Program-made: the position numbers and the translations under genes
Notes under the pieces: generated by a model
Databases searched by the model: none
What the model was told of the DNA's origin: nothing
The model's input: the letters and a program-made list of their open reading frames with translations, nothing else
In this document: positions 23,990-37,742 of the stretch, piece after piece
Layout: every line of letters starts with the position of its first letter
Numbering within the stretch: the stretch's first letter is position 1
From: Octopus sinensis
Taxonomy: Eukaryota
Assembly (NCBI RefSeq): GCF_006345805.1
Contig: NC_043008.1
Span: 72,602,001-72,666,000 of the forward strand
DNA length: 64,000 nt
Reading direction: 5' to 3'

Positions 23990-25320
23990 ATTGTCGTCGG
24001 TGGGAGTGTTTTCTTGTGTGCCTTGACTCCTTCTTCCCCTCTGTCCGTATTTATGCGTCTGATGACTAAAGTGACTGATTTTTGCATGGAAGTATCTATT
24101 GCAAAGTATCTATTGGTCATTGCAGCTTCCATTTTCTTTCTTGTTTCTCTTCTTCTTTCCTCTGTCGTTCAGCTTCAAAATTATCTGTCACTGTGGAGAT
24201 GGAATGATGCCAACCAGACCTGCCCTGAGCTTCAATGTCCCAGGCTTAGGGATCGATTCCAGTCAGTTTTAGGCTTTGCTTCAGCTGGTCCTTGTATCGA
24301 CGGAGGGAACAACTATGGAGTCTTCTGGCAGAAAGTTCACCATAAAAAATTTGATGAGGCAGCCTGGTCTCTTTCATTGTTGCTACGTGGCCCACCCATC
24401 AAAGACGATGTTTCAGGATAGTGGCCTCAATGCTGCTGCTTTTCATTCTCTGCAGGATGGAGACATCGGTCACGTAGTCATTCCATTTGATATTCATAAT
24501 AGAATGGTGCTTCTGCTGGTTAAACCATTATAGTTTTTTGATGTCACTTTGGTAAAGAATCCAAGTTTCACAACCGTGGTGGAGAGTGATTATATCTGCT
24601 TGGAAGACACTCGATTTTGTTTGGCGGTTCAGGTCTTTGTTCTAAAAGACCCTTTTCACAAGTTCGCCAAACGTGGTGTGAGGTGCTCTTAATCAGTTCT
24701 CCATGTCCTTTTCCAATGTGCACTTGTTCAAAAACAAACTTCTTCAGTATGAAAAGTGGTTGACTTACTCCAGTGGCATCTCTGAGATGGTAACGTTGAA
24801 GTATGGAGTTTCCTGACTTAGAACAGGTTGTGCCAGGAATTTTGTCGTTTTGATGTTGATTTTTAGGTTAAACCAAATGTAAGCATTGGTGAAGTTATTC
24901 CCTGATTGTTGAATCTGTTCACTGGAGTGGCAGACTGCTGCATTGTCATCAGCACACTGAAGTACATTGATCTTTTGTTTCCTGGTCAGTCTTCATGACT
25001 TCAGCCTGGAAAGATTGATACATCCCCCATCATATCAGTACCTAATGTTGACTCCTGGATTGTCTGAAGGCAGTTCATGAAACATTGCTGCAAAGTACAG
25101 AGAGAAGAGTATCAGGGGCAAAACATATCCTTGTTTTAATACTGCAGTGATGGGGAAGTCTTCAAACGGTTGGATTTAATGGAAGATGGTTCCAGTCATA
25201 GCATCCTGTAAACCTTGTACTAGGGAAATGAACTGATCAGGGCAGCCAAAGCATTGGAGGATCTTCCACATTGCAGGCCTAGGGACAGTATTAAAGGCTT
25301 TTATGTGGTCTTTTTGTATT
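23990..25320 (-). mobile_element. Decayed RTE (BovB-like) LINE, RT to C-terminus
   Basis: KAFNTVPRPAMWKILQCFGCPDQFISLV; QCADDNA; WVGHVATMKETRLPHQIFYGELS. Confidence 0.8.
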
Positions 25321-25679
25321 AAGAGTATAAGACACACTTAAATGTCTGATTTTTAATAACTATAAACAAAAACCCTTGTTTTAAAGAACACAGTTATTAA
25401 GCAATGAGGGTTGCAAACTGTAATGTGTTTCTGTTTGCCTTTGATGTTTTTTTATGTTTGCTTAAAAATTGAACTACTTACTATCTATGAATATCTGCAA
25501 AAAAATGAAACCAGTTGGAAGACATATTACGTCATGAAATAATAGTTTGATATTTTTTAGAAGTTCTCAATAAGGTATAATGGTTATTTCAGCTGAGTTG
25601 TGCATTACATTTACACAATTATTTTCTTATTTATCTGTCTGTATAGCTAGCTAGCTAGCTTTTTATTTATTTGTTTGTC

Positions 25680-25724
25680 TAGATAGAAAGATAGATAGAT
25701 AGTTAGATAGATAGATAGATAGAC

Positions 25725-25764
<40 letters not shown>

Positions 25765-25765
25765 G
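25680..25765. repeat. (GATA)n microsatellite
   Basis: Direct reading. Confidence 0.95.
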
Positions 25766-25794
25766 GATAAATTGTATGTGTAATGTATGTATAT

Positions 25795-26010
25795 AATCAT
25801 CATCATCACCAGAATTTTATTTCTATGTTCCATACCAGCAAAATTTGGGTGGAAGTCTTCGTCATTTCTCTATCTCCCTCTAGAAGTTACTGCTTCCAGA
25901 GTTTAGGTGCTTTTACATGTAATTAGGCTTGGCTTCAACAGATAGATGCCATCCACTTTACAGGATTTACTGGGTGCACCAGCACTAGAGAAGTTGCATA
26001 ATCCTTGGTG
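25795..26010 (-). mobile_element. Highly diverged RTE-LINE 3'-end copy
   Basis: catcatcatc lead-in; ggcttcaacagatagatgcc..tactgggtgc resemble the UTR module. Confidence 0.4.
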
Positions 26011-26779
26011 ACACAGAACCAGAGGAACCTCACAACCCCAGACAATCACTTCTTATTTTAGCAAACCACTATACAGAGTGAACAGCATACAGTGGTTGTG
26101 TGGAGTGACTGTACACAGTGACAGCAACTTTGAAGAGGAAACAATAACAGAAAGGTCAGAAATGAGTTTTGAGGTGTGGGGATTGAGAGTACTCAATAAA
26201 TAAGGGGATGTACATTTGCATAGGTGACCAAGGAAGGGAACTGAAGAAAAAGCAATAAGAACGACATCAGGATGACAAGGATAGGTAGGAGGATGAAAGG
26301 AACAAGAATGTGATGAAAAGAAAGCAAGGATATGCAGAGACGGGGAGAGAGAGTGATTGTCAGGAGCATAAAGTCAGTGGTGGGTGACAATTAAAGGTGG
26401 GAATAGATGAGTGGTGACAGTAGAAGTGATTCAGAGGAGAGTGTTTGCTGGCAGCACAATGTGATGCTGTTAGAGTGTATATTGATAGTGTGGGGATGAT
26501 GATGGCTTAATGCAGCCTCCTGTATATAGGTCTGCTGAAGGGCAAGTGAGAAGTATGATAAGGACGGTGCCAACAACATTTGTCTTGGGGTGATGAGACT
26601 GACAGTTATGAATGATTTTGGAGAAGTGACAGGCAGATAGGTGAGGGTAAAGAATGTAAAATGAGGAGCAAGGCCTGGCAAGACATAAATATTGCAGGTA
26701 CTAAACACTACATTCAAGTAAATGGATCTCCTTCAGCAATTAGTGCAGTTCTTTACTCCATGAGATGCAACATCATCAG

Positions 26780-27245
26780 ATCAACCTTCCCCACTTCATC
26801 CCCTGTCTTTCTTAGTTTTCCCCATCTGTGGTTCTACTAACCTGGAAGGCTCAGTACTTCTTTATGCAGCAGTGACCTTCCAGACACTTCATACAATCAT
26901 AGCATCACAAGCAACTCTCTTGCACACAATACCTGTTTGCTTTTATACCCACTGTTTGTTTCAGCTTATTTGTACTCTGGTATTCATGTACTTTACACAT
27001 TTATTGGAGATTTCTTTCCCTCCTTCACAACTCTTCTAAATTCAAGACCCACTAACATAGCATAACAACTCTCATATGTGTAGCACAATCTATCTTTCAC
27101 TTTGAGACCTTTTGTTGTCAGCAGAAATAGTAGCTTCCTGAATTTTCTCCTGTCTGTTCTTACCATAACTACTATATCTTCTAAGAAGCCACACCATTTG
27201 CTAATTAGGTTACTTAGGATACAGAATTTATCAACTACTTCTTGT
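26780..27245 (-). mobile_element. Decayed fragment of the PHD-RTE family (C-terminal region)
   Basis: VVDKFCIL..RRKFRKLLFLLTTKGLKVKDRL is homologous to the region deleted from the 520-3838 copy and present at 40077-40330. Confidence 0.6.
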
Positions 27246-27637
27246 GAGTCAGTCAGTCATTTAAGGGAATTTATTCTACTGTAATTTTAGTGCGCATTGC
27301 TCAGCCACATCTACCATATATGAAGATTATGCATGCGTATTTGTGTGTATTTGTTCATAACTTCCTCCTTCATGCTCTGAATGAGTAAGAGAGTTGTTAA
27401 TTTAAAAAAATATTATTGATTGAGGAGGATTAAGCACAAGAATAGCTATATTTCTTTACTTATTCTTGGATGGTAGGAAATATAATATTGCTCACAAAAA
27501 CACACACATATGCGTATGTGTGCACACACACACATATAGACGTGTATGTGTGTGTATCTATGTGTGAATATATGCACCTCTAATTATGTTCAATATTGGA
27601 AGGTTGTGTTGAATGTAATTAGTAAAAATGTATGTGG

Positions 27638-27690
<53 letters not shown>

Positions 27691-27753
27691 GATGTATATA
27701 TAATATATTATAAATATATTTTATATATAAATATATAATATATTATAAATATA

Positions 27754-27795
<42 letters not shown>

Positions 27796-29019
27796 TTTAT
27801 AATATATCTATAAACTGCAATCTAATCTATTCTACATTAGCTACATCCTGAGCTATCCTCCTTGTCTACAAGTGACTGTCACCATGCATCCAGTTTATAT
27901 TTGTCACTAATACTTACTTGTAAGAGGGTATGGAATGAGAGAGGTATGTTGTAGTAGATGGAATAATTACAAGAATTATTGAAGTTAATCTATGGAAGTT
28001 GTTGAACAAAAGATATTGGCTCTTTCCTGAAATTTGGAATACACTGAGCAAATGGGCTTTGTATCCTGATGCTATTCCAAACACATTTGTTTGGCTTTAT
28101 AGCTGATTTCATTACAAATCTCATCATTTCGGTTAAGAATACCATTTCTAAAGGATGAATTGCTCGTATATCTTTCTAATACCTCGTAACAGTCTACAAT
28201 AAATTGGCTCAAGAGGATTGTAGCAACAGACGGTGCCAATATTACAGTATTTCTAACTTAATACATGTCGGCAATGATCACCATTGGACTGCCAGCCAAA
28301 AACCCAATTAATAGATAATGTGATTTGGTGGGTGGTTTGGCGTAGGGTTGGGGGGATACAGATAGAAGATGTTTGTCATAATCCATTGAGAAGAAGAAAG
28401 GTGAAAGATAGAAAGAGATAGGTATAATTAGAGAAGAATCTAGCTAATAATTAAGTCAGAGAAAACAATAAGCAATTCCTTTGTTACTGTTGAAATGTGT
28501 GGAATTATCGTTATTCTTTGACTTGGCAAATTCAGTGTCTTCTCCGTGAAATAGAAAGAGAAAGGAAGAAAGAAGAACAAAGAGAAAAGCATGAAAAGAT
28601 CAATTAAGAGAAGCTGTTTGAAATGAAATAGATTAAAAGTTATGGATAAGTTTGCTGTAATTCCAGCAAATGTTTTCATATCAGTTGTCAACTAATTAGT
28701 CAGAGTGTGTGTAGGTGGAGGGGAGAGGCTGTTCAACTTACAAGATTTATGACACGTGTTGATGTATCACAGACATCTTTATTTTAATGTCTGAACAATT
28801 TGATGACTTATGATGTGAGTGTGTGTGTGTGTAAAAATATGCTTGTGTGTGCTGATGTGTGTGTAAATATATATGTGTGTGTACATATTTATATGTTTAT
28901 AAGTTTGCAAATGTATGTATGCATAGAGATACATTCAAACAATTTTGTATCTACTCTGTTTAAAAGTATTGAGTTCTTTAACTTGGCTTTATGTTTCACT
29001 TGTGATAAACAAACTATAA

Positions 29020-29024
29020 CTCAA

Positions 29025-29081
<57 letters not shown>

Positions 29082-29208
29082 GAGGGGTTGTGATGGTGGT
29101 GATGATAATATGTGTGTTTGTTTACATGATTATATACATGTATGTTTATACAGGTGTGTTAATACATGTATTTTGTTTGTGTCTATATCCAAAGTATTAA
29201 CGGAGATG

Positions 29209-29258
<50 letters not shown>

Positions 29259-29261
29259 ACA

Positions 29262-29308
<47 letters not shown>

Positions 29309-29330
29309 CACACACACACACACACATGTA
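29020..29330. repeat. (TG)n(AG)n and (CA)n microsatellites
   Basis: Direct reading. Confidence 0.95.
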
Positions 29331-29564
29331 TGTATATAAGATGGAGTGTAATGTATTTGAGTAATAAACCATTATTAAAATGGTGAGGAGGGGGGGACAT
29401 ATGTCATAAATCCCCCCTCCCCTCTATTTACTTAATAACCCATTTGAACCTACTTAACCGGTGAGGGGGGGAGTGGTGTGGGGTAATGAAGAAAAACCAC
29501 TTAATAAAGTAGTTAGATCTCCACCACTGACACTATGGTTACCACCACCACCACCATCACCAAT

Positions 29565-29601
<37 letters not shown>

Positions 29602-30329
29602 AGACTACCTCCATAATAGCAATAGGAAGTTAAATCATATCTACCTGTTGATGAAGGAGCCAAGTTCTTCTGGCATGTGTTCACTGTGTTTGTTTAATGA
29701 CCTCTATGTGAAAGGTTGCAGTTTAGCTTAATGATATGGTTGTCAGATTGTTGGCTCAGTGCTGTGTCAGTGGTAAGTTCAGTCTATCTATCTGTAAATA
29801 GGAAACCTAGAAAAGTATATGTAGTTGGAGCAAGCGCAGATTTTGGTTTTTGGTTTTTGACGTGTCACTGAGCGCAATGTATATGTATGCATGTATGTGT
29901 GTGGGTGGTATAGAGCATGTTTGCTTAGGCCAGATGGAATTTAAGGTAGATCATTCTAGATCCCCAAATCTCACCTATTTCCAAGTAACATAATAATTCC
30001 CTATGGCCAGAGATGTTTTTGTGGATGATTGGAAATGAAAGACACTGCTTGTATAACAGTAGCACTTATTTACAATTATGTAGTGTCAAGACAATGTGAC
30101 ACTAGTACTCTCATATTTATACTTACATGCACACGTTTACTGTGTATTATGTCTTTTAGAATGATTATTCATGTATTGTGGGTGAGAAAAGGCATTTGGC
30201 TGTAAAGCTATCTCAAAAAGTCCCATCCAACCCATACCACCATTGCAAAGCAAACATAAAAGCTATGATGGTGGATTTTCTGTTCGTCTTGTGCTACACA
30301 AAAGAAAAAGTACTCAATACCCCATGATG

Positions 30330-30830
30330 TTTTATGACAAGTTAATGTGCAAAATGTGATACACATGCCAGTTCTTCATTGTCATTATGCATCATATGCA
30401 TGCAGAGCATTGATGACAATGCAATGCAAATCTTCCTGAATAAACATGAGTTCTCCAGCTGCCTTGCCATGCTTATCCAATCAGCTCTTGATATTCTCCA
30501 TCCATTGCTTTCTTTGCCTGCCTCTTGTTCTACTGCCCTCTACTCCACCTTCCAGGTTAATATTTTCCAAACGTCTGCTTCTTAGAATGTGATCATAATA
30601 GAGAGACTTTTGTTTTTTCCCAATGTTCAGCATTGCTGACTTTCACCTACTTTCATTTGTCCATTATCCTTGTAAGAGACTTGTAACATTCTCCAATACA
30701 ACCACATTTCAAATGCTTTATGTTCTCTTCAAATCTGTTCAGAGTCTATGCTTTGCAAGCATAAATGCCTATTGGCCAAATGAGCACTTGTACTAGCCTT
30801 ATTTTTAATATGCCAGGTATAGTGCTTTAT
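30330..30830 (-). mobile_element. Decayed RTE-clade C-terminal fragment (a different RTE family)
   Basis: Minus strand gives AFEMWLY and RMLQVSYKD-like segments and a GRQ..W motif. Confidence 0.5.
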
Positions 30831-30914
30831 GGTGTAGGATGTGCTTAGTCAGATAAAGAGAGTTAATTCATGTAAGTGGTATTTTAGTCATCACTATATA
30901 CATCAATAGAATTA

Positions 30915-32040
30915 TGAGGGTGGGCCGAAAAATTCAAAGGCTGACTATGGAGGAGTGATGCTTGCGTTGTTTCTTTTCAGGTAAACTGACATCTGACTGT
31001 CCAAAGAAGACTTCAAATGTAACTCATAGTGACTTCTCATAAAAATTGACAAGTACCTACAGAAAAAGGGGTTAGCCTCCAAGGACATTCATGCTCACAC
31101 GGTTGCTACATTAGGGAATGATGCTTAGCTTTATCAACAGTGCAAAAGTGGGCAGCTGAATTTAGGAGGGGAAGGGTGAGTGTTGAAGATGACCCAAAAT
31201 CCTGACATCCTGCAACTGCCACCACCATGAAAAACATTGATCATGTCCACTCCAAGGTAATGGATGACAAGGCGATTCATTATAAATCAAATAGCCAATG
31301 GGAGTTGAGAATAATCTGTGCAATGAACTTGGCATGATGAAAGTTTGTACCTGGTGGCTGTCACATCTGACACCTGATCAAAAGTGCACCAGGTTTTTCA
31401 GATCATGGAAAAATCTGGCATTGTTTAAGACAGAGCCAGCTGGTTTCTTTGAATGTTTCCTAACCAAGGATGAGTGTTGGATTCATCATTTTGAGCCAGA
31501 GACAAAGTGATAATCCATACAGTGGAAACATCCCTCTTCACCTTCTCCAAAAAAGGCCAAGGTCGCTTCATCTGCAGCGATGTAAAAGGCATTGTGCTTG
31601 TTGATTATCTTCAATGGAGAGTACTATGCCAACTTGCAAAGGCAATTACAAAAGACTATCAAGACCAGTTGCTCAGGAAACAGAAAAGGGGTTTTGTCTC
31701 ATCAGAACAATGCTCCAGCACACAAGTTCCCAGTTTTAATGATTGCTGTGCTGCATGACTGTGCCTTTGAACTGGTTGATCACTCTCCCTTTTCTTATGA
31801 TTTGGCCCCATCTTAATACTATCTGTTATACAATGGAAAAAACTTAACTGGGAACCAGTATGTTCATGTCATATCTGCTGTTGATAATTGTTTTGAACTA
31901 CAGGATGAAACATTCTTTACCAATCGGATCCAAGCTCTGCAACATGAATGGAAGAAATGTGTGGATTGTAAAAACCGAATTCGGTCACATTCCATGGGGG
32001 TATCTTGGTCAATCTATGAACTTTTCAGCCGACCATTGCA
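30915..32040 (+). mobile_element. Mariner (Tc1/mariner) DNA transposon, decayed, both TIRs present
   Basis: TIRs tgagggtgggccgaaaaattcaaaggctgac / gtcaatctatgaacttttcagccgacc; LSTVQKWAAEFRRGRVSVEDDP; TKDECWIHHFEPETK; HQNNAPAH; YDLAPS. Confidence 0.9.
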
Positions 32041-32702
32041 GATGAAATATTTTTCTTTTAAAGTGTTATACTGAAATTAACTATATACTATCTCTTTACT
32101 AGTTAGTATTTGGTGTACTGGTGTAAACTGCCTCCTTTAGTTGCTCATGTCTGTTGTAAGATGGGGTTAGCCATATCGTTTCAGTAGTTAGTACCAGTGA
32201 TATATCAAGGTTAGCTACATCTTATTAAGCCATATCTCAATACAGACAGTTGACTGATAACTTAACTAGCCATTCATATCTCTAAATAGATACTAGAACA
32301 ATATTTAAATGCCTTGAAATGTTCCCTTATTACCAGTTGTCCTTCGGAATGATGGAAATTACCAGATACAATCTATCAGATTAATATTAATATCACAAAC
32401 ATAATCTCAGTTTACCACCAAGAGGATTAATTTAACATCAATTAGCTGCTATTACATCATGACAAATAATTTGACATTAGTGCTGAATATTAATTAGCTA
32501 AACATCAAATTGATATTGGTAATAGGGTGGCTTTGCAACAGAAAGTGTAATGCTTAATCTTCAGATAAAACTTAATGGGTTATTCGATAGCATTAAAGAA
32601 TTTTATTATTTGGTTTTCTGGTGTCAATAAGTACCAGTGTTATGCTGGAGTTGCTTTAATCTGCCACACTAACACTAAAAGTTTGAAGCCATACACCTAT
32701 AC

Positions 32703-32745
<43 letters not shown>

Positions 32746-32747
<2 letters not shown>

Positions 32748-32960
32748 GGTGGCAAGCTGACAGAATTGTTAGTATGCCAGGCAAAATGTTTAGCAGCATT
32801 TTGTCTGTCTTTGTCTTCCGAGTCTAAACACTGTTGAGGTTGAGTTTGCCTTTCATCCCTTTCATGATCAATGAAATAAGTACCAGTTGAAGACTGGGGT
32901 CGATGCAATCAGCTTAACCTCTTCACTGAAAGTGCTGGCCTTGTGTCGATATTTGAAATC
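32746..32960 (+). mobile_element. SINE family 2 (tttgcctttcatcc..aataagtaccag core)
   Basis: Homologous to 33338-33525 and 63180-63300; follows (ATT)n. Confidence 0.65.
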
Positions 32961-32974
32961 ATTATTATTATTAT

Positions 32975-33330
32975 TGAGTGAAAAAGCAATGCATGCCCTC
33001 TAAGTAATGTTGGGGTATAAATGTATGAAGGCCAATATACTCATCATATGAAGTGAATTATTTCAAACCCTAAAGAATTCCTCTCAAAACAGGGCTATGA
33101 TGCTTACTTACCACTCCTGTTCATGATCAGACATGCATATATCGTCAGGCACTAAGGGACATGCTCAACCAGATGAGATCAAACAACTGACAAGAAAATT
33201 TGCACAACTGAGCAGAACATTTGCTGCAGCCTATCTTTTATTCCAAAAAAAAACATGTACATGATAACACTTCCAATCAGTTAAGACCAGAAGCCATGAG
33301 AACCACTGCTTTGTATTGCATCAGGGCATA
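32975..33330 (+). repeat. Interspersed repeat X (unclassified)
   Basis: Shares ttcaaacccc..actaagggacatgctcaa..catgataacacttccaatcagttaag..gcatcaggg with 36868-37160; its head recurs at 63848-64000. Confidence 0.7.
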
Positions 33331-33337
33331 GCTGGCA

Positions 33338-33525
33338 GATTCATTAGCAAGCCAGGCAAAATTCTCAGTGGCATTTTATCCATCTTTATATTCTGAGTTC
33401 AAATTCCACCAAGATCAACTTTTCCTTTCATCCTTTCAGGGATCAATAAAGTAAGTACATTTGAGCACTGGGGTCAATGTAATCAACTCATCCTTCCTCC
33501 AAAATTACAGGCCTTCAGCCAAAAT
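33338..33525 (+). mobile_element. SINE family 2
   Basis: ctggcagattcattagc..tctgagttcaaattcc..ctttcatcctttcagggatcaataa..actggggtcaatgtaatc. Confidence 0.65.
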
Positions 33526-33649
33526 GCGAAGCCATCATCATCATCATCATTTTAGTTTGGCTCAGGTTCACTTTATTCCTGATAGGATTTATGTGGGTTG
33601 TGGGTTACTATCTATAAACTTTGGATTCCACAAAGTTTTCAGCAGTCTT

Positions 33650-36600
33650 TCAAGTGCTTAAAACCCTCCTGATAATCCTTGCTCTCTCTAAGAGACAAAC
33701 TTTCTGTTGGAGCTCTACCAGGCATTCTATTCCAATCTCCTTCAACCATTTGCCTATATCTTTGCTTACTGTTTCCAACCAATTATTATAGTCATGACAT
33801 GTACTATTCTCAAGCTTCAAATTCTTCCTGTTTCAAATATTAAGAGATTGTATTTTTTTCTTCCTCTTCCCTAACAATCCTAGAATCAAATGGGCATGAT
33901 AGGTTGAAGACGTCACACAGTATCCAATATTGGGATGTAGATTGAAGATATTCTGTGTACAGGGGATTTGTGCTGTCTTTCAAGTCACAACAAGGACCTA
34001 ACACACAGTACTTTATGTAGTATATCCAATGTTTGCAACCCACCATGATTGTAGGGTATTCCTCAAGTTTCCAGATGTTTCTTCAGGCTGGATGGTATAG
34101 AATCCAATACTTTGATGAACAACAGGAGCAAACTTCATGTTTGGCTTTTACAACAGCCGAAACCTGGCAAATCTCAGTTTTCAGGTCTCCATATCTGTCC
34201 ACCTTTTCTCTTTCTTTCATGACAATATCTTTATTTTCTGGCACTGCTACATCTATTATTTATTAACCCTTGCTTATCCCTCCTAAAGGCTACTATATCC
34301 AGCCTTCAGTGCTCTAATACCTTGTCTGTCTGGATGTCGAAGTTCCAGAGGATCTTTACCTTCCTGTTTTCATATATTACATTTTCCAGTGTGTCTTATC
34401 ATCAAGCACCCATTATCTCATATCCATACTTCTGACTCAGTAGCTAGTAAAGGGTTTTGGGCTACCTTGTCTGCACTTGTACTCTTTCTGTGCAAGACTT
34501 TCACAAGCATTAACAATGTGAGTTACATTTTTGATCCTCTTCCCACACATTCTGTAGAGCTTCATTGCACTTGTGTGGTATCCCTTTTCCCTGAGTTGGT
34601 ATTCAATGCCTGGTCCTGGACAGCGATGATTAAACTTTCAGTCTTCTTTTTAAGACCACTTTTGCTGGGTCACATCTCTGATACTTCCTAGTTCTTAAGT
34701 TGTTCACAGTAGAACTGACTATGCAGATTAGTGTTTATTTTCAATTATTGACTATTCAGGACTGGAATTAATTAACACTCCCAACTCCATTGTTGGTAAA
34801 TCCTTCTGTATAAGCTGCATACTTTAGTAGGTCTTGCTTGCAGTTTACAAAATACTCTGTCATGTTTCTTCTTTCACTGTCGATGTACTCCTGTACTCTA
34901 CTCAGGCCTCATTCATCTTTATCATCTTTCATGTACAACCTGTGCACATTCAGCTTAGGAAAGAGGGTACCATGCATTGTCATCGTCTTTCAGGTAGTGA
35001 AGTTGAGTTGGTCAATAATCCAATCATGTGCATTTCAGAAAGTACTATAGCAGAGTACAGTAACAGCCCATATGTTGATGGCAGTCACAAGGTTCCCACA
35101 AGAGAAGTTTGAGGTGTTTCAAATATCCAGAGGTAACCTTGTCATTATTTTTCTCAGTGCAAGATATTGTCCAGCTTCAGGATCCTAATTTACTTGTACC
35201 CACCATTATCAGGGTCTCCTATTCACTCTCTGTTTAGCAGTCCTATGCTCCTACAATCTGCTCTTTTTCCCTCTTTCAAAGAGAGCACCCACACTTTGGG
35301 ATCCCATATTCCATTCCTATATACTTACTGCACATCTGTACAGTCTCAACAAGTCTCTTCCTTTCAGGCTCTGTTTTTTTTTTTGTGAAGTAAAAGTGGT
35401 TGAGAGGAGGTCTTTCTCAGTTTGTTGTGTAAATTGACTTTGTGTAGAATTACAGAAAATGAGATCAAGGCTATAACATATAGCAAAGGTGAACAACAAT
35501 CTCCCTGAAAGATACCTCTTTTGATTGTTGCCTTGGCTAAGTGCTGGTTATTATAGAAATTATGTTTTCCAGCTAGAAATGCTATTCGTGATTAGTGCAT
35601 GGACATTCTCAGATGCTCTACACATGTGGACTGTTTCCAGAATCCTCGAATACAACAACATGTCATAGGCCTTTTAAAGTCGATGATGGCCATGCAACAG
35701 TTTCTGTTTGGTACTGTTTACAATTCTTGATTATGACCTTGTCTATAACAAGGTGGTCTTTAGTGCCCTTGGATCATTTCCAACATACCTTTTGTTCTAC
35801 TAGAAGTAGATTGTTTTCCATAAGGAGTATATATATTTTCCTTGCAAGGATGCCTGTTAACACCTGCCATATGAGATTAAAACAAACGATGGGTCAGTAA
35901 TTGCCAACCTCATTGCCCTTTGACTGATCTTTTTATCAACAATTTTGTCTTCCCCTATACCATACATTCTGGAACTACGCTACTCTATAGGCAATTGTCT
36001 AATTGCAAACGAGTTCCTTTTTGTTTTTACCTCAACCACTTGAGCCAAAAGCCTTGGATTCCATCTAGCCCCACTACTCTCCTGTTTAGAAGCTTTGATA
36101 CCTGTGTAATTACATCTTCCATTGTTATGTATAAATGATCCTGCTTGGAACCCCAAGGTGCCTGAGTTTGAATCTCACAGAATGAATCCACTCAGCACTT
36201 TGGTTGTGGGAAACATGTTGCTCCCAAATGTTATTCTATGACTGGCAGGTTTCCACGGCTTCAAGACATATATAGTCTTCCTTGTCTCCACCCAAGCTCT
36301 TAAAAATGCCTCTAGTCATTTGTGAATAATCATTGCACCTTCAATGTTTTTGCCCAAATGTATTGTTTTTGCATTTCAATAACAGTTTTCAACACTTTCT
36401 TTTCTCTATGGCATTTTTTGCTTCAAGATATATCTTCACACCTTTTGTATGTTTTCAATGCACCTTGGACCATGTTCCAAAAGATTATTATTATTAACAT
36501 TTCCTCTCATGTTGCTCTTCAATCATGACACTTGACATATGGCACACCATGCACCTGTTCAGGCAATGTTGATTTGATGGAGAGAGTGGGCTAATGTATA
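33650..36600 (-). mobile_element. Decayed non-LTR retrotransposon with restriction-like endonuclease (R4/Dong-like)
   Basis: RGIFQGDCCSPLLYVIALI; IIDFKK(A)YDM; GMEYGIPKC; SCPFDSRIV; C-terminus WLKEIGIECLVELQQKVCLLERARIIRRVLST*. Confidence 0.8.
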
Positions 36601-36867
36601 GCACATACAGTTGATCACTATAAACAAATCATTTGCGAAGGTTGTTCTGCAAAAAACGCTGAACACTCATATGTCATTTCCAATGGAAGAATCCATCATC
36701 ATCATCATTATTATTATTAGTATTTCCATTTCACTTCTTAGAGCTCTTGATTTCACTTGCTCCGGTTAATTTTGTAAGAACAAACAACAACCTGTTGTCA
36801 AGGGTCTCACAAGGTCTTTGTCCATGACACTTAACAGCCAAGTACCAATCTCAAAATCCTTGCTTGA

Positions 36868-37157
36868 ATGAAACACCCATGTTTCCAGAGGTGAATAATT
36901 CAAACCCCAAAGAATTCATCTCAACACATGGCTATGATGCCCACCACTACTTCTGCTCAGAGATGCACATATCGTCAGCAACTAAGGGACATGCTCAAAT
37001 GGTTTAGGTCAAACAACTGACAAGCAAATCTGTGGTATTGAGCAGAATATTTGCTGTAGCCCATCTTTTATGCCAAGACAAAGCAATGTACATGATAACA
37101 CTTCTAATCAGTTAAGATGAGAAGCCATGAAAGCCACTACCTGGTACTGCATCAGGG

Positions 37158-37160
<3 letters not shown>
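36868..37160 (+). repeat. Interspersed repeat X
   Basis: See 32975-33330. Confidence 0.7.
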
Positions 37161-37230
<70 letters not shown>

Positions 37231-37232
<2 letters not shown>

Positions 37233-37625
37233 CTTCGTAACACAGTGTAGGTAAAAATGCATCGGAGTCAGTAGTCATCTGACAAGTCACAACAAGAACC
37301 TTAAACAGATAATACTTTCCTTAAATGTGTGCTATGCCCAATAAGGCCGCGTTTTGCAATACATCAATCTTGCATGGGATTTCCAGTTGCCTTAAGAAGT
37401 CTTAAAGTTTCAATGGGATTGAACCCCACTGGTATTACTTTTGCATTACCCTCTCACATTCCATACAATCTTGTCATTTCCACTTTCAATTCAGAGTACT
37501 TGGCGACTTTTTCAACCTCTTTACCCACAACGTTCATGTCATTTGGTATGGCTGCATCAGTATTTGTCTCTCTTATTCAACATGACAATATCTGGCTGAC
37601 AGTGTTCCATTACACAATCTGTCTG
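37231..37625 (-). mobile_element. 3' fragment of a second RLE-type LINE, between (AAT)n tracts
   Basis: EHCQPDIVMLNKRDK (PD..D motif), KEVEKVAKYSELKVEM, IDVLQNAALLGIAHI; (AAT)n on both sides. Confidence 0.75.
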
Positions 37626-37687
37626 AAAATGAAGATCATGATGATGATCATTATCATCATTATTATTAATCATCAACATCATCATAA

Positions 37688-37742
<55 letters not shown>

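Noticed and set aside
26170-26720. Possible APE endonuclease remnant (also 50680-51000, minus)
   Set aside because: Motif traces too weak to call a family.
27918-28026. Possible 109-nt minus-strand exon ending in CAA|gtaagt
   Set aside because: One open frame but no recognisable protein and a modest acceptor; expected by chance.
29454-29684. 76-aa minus ORF with poly-D and poly-G
   Set aside because: Built on (CAT)n/(CCA)n repeats; no homology or convincing splice context.
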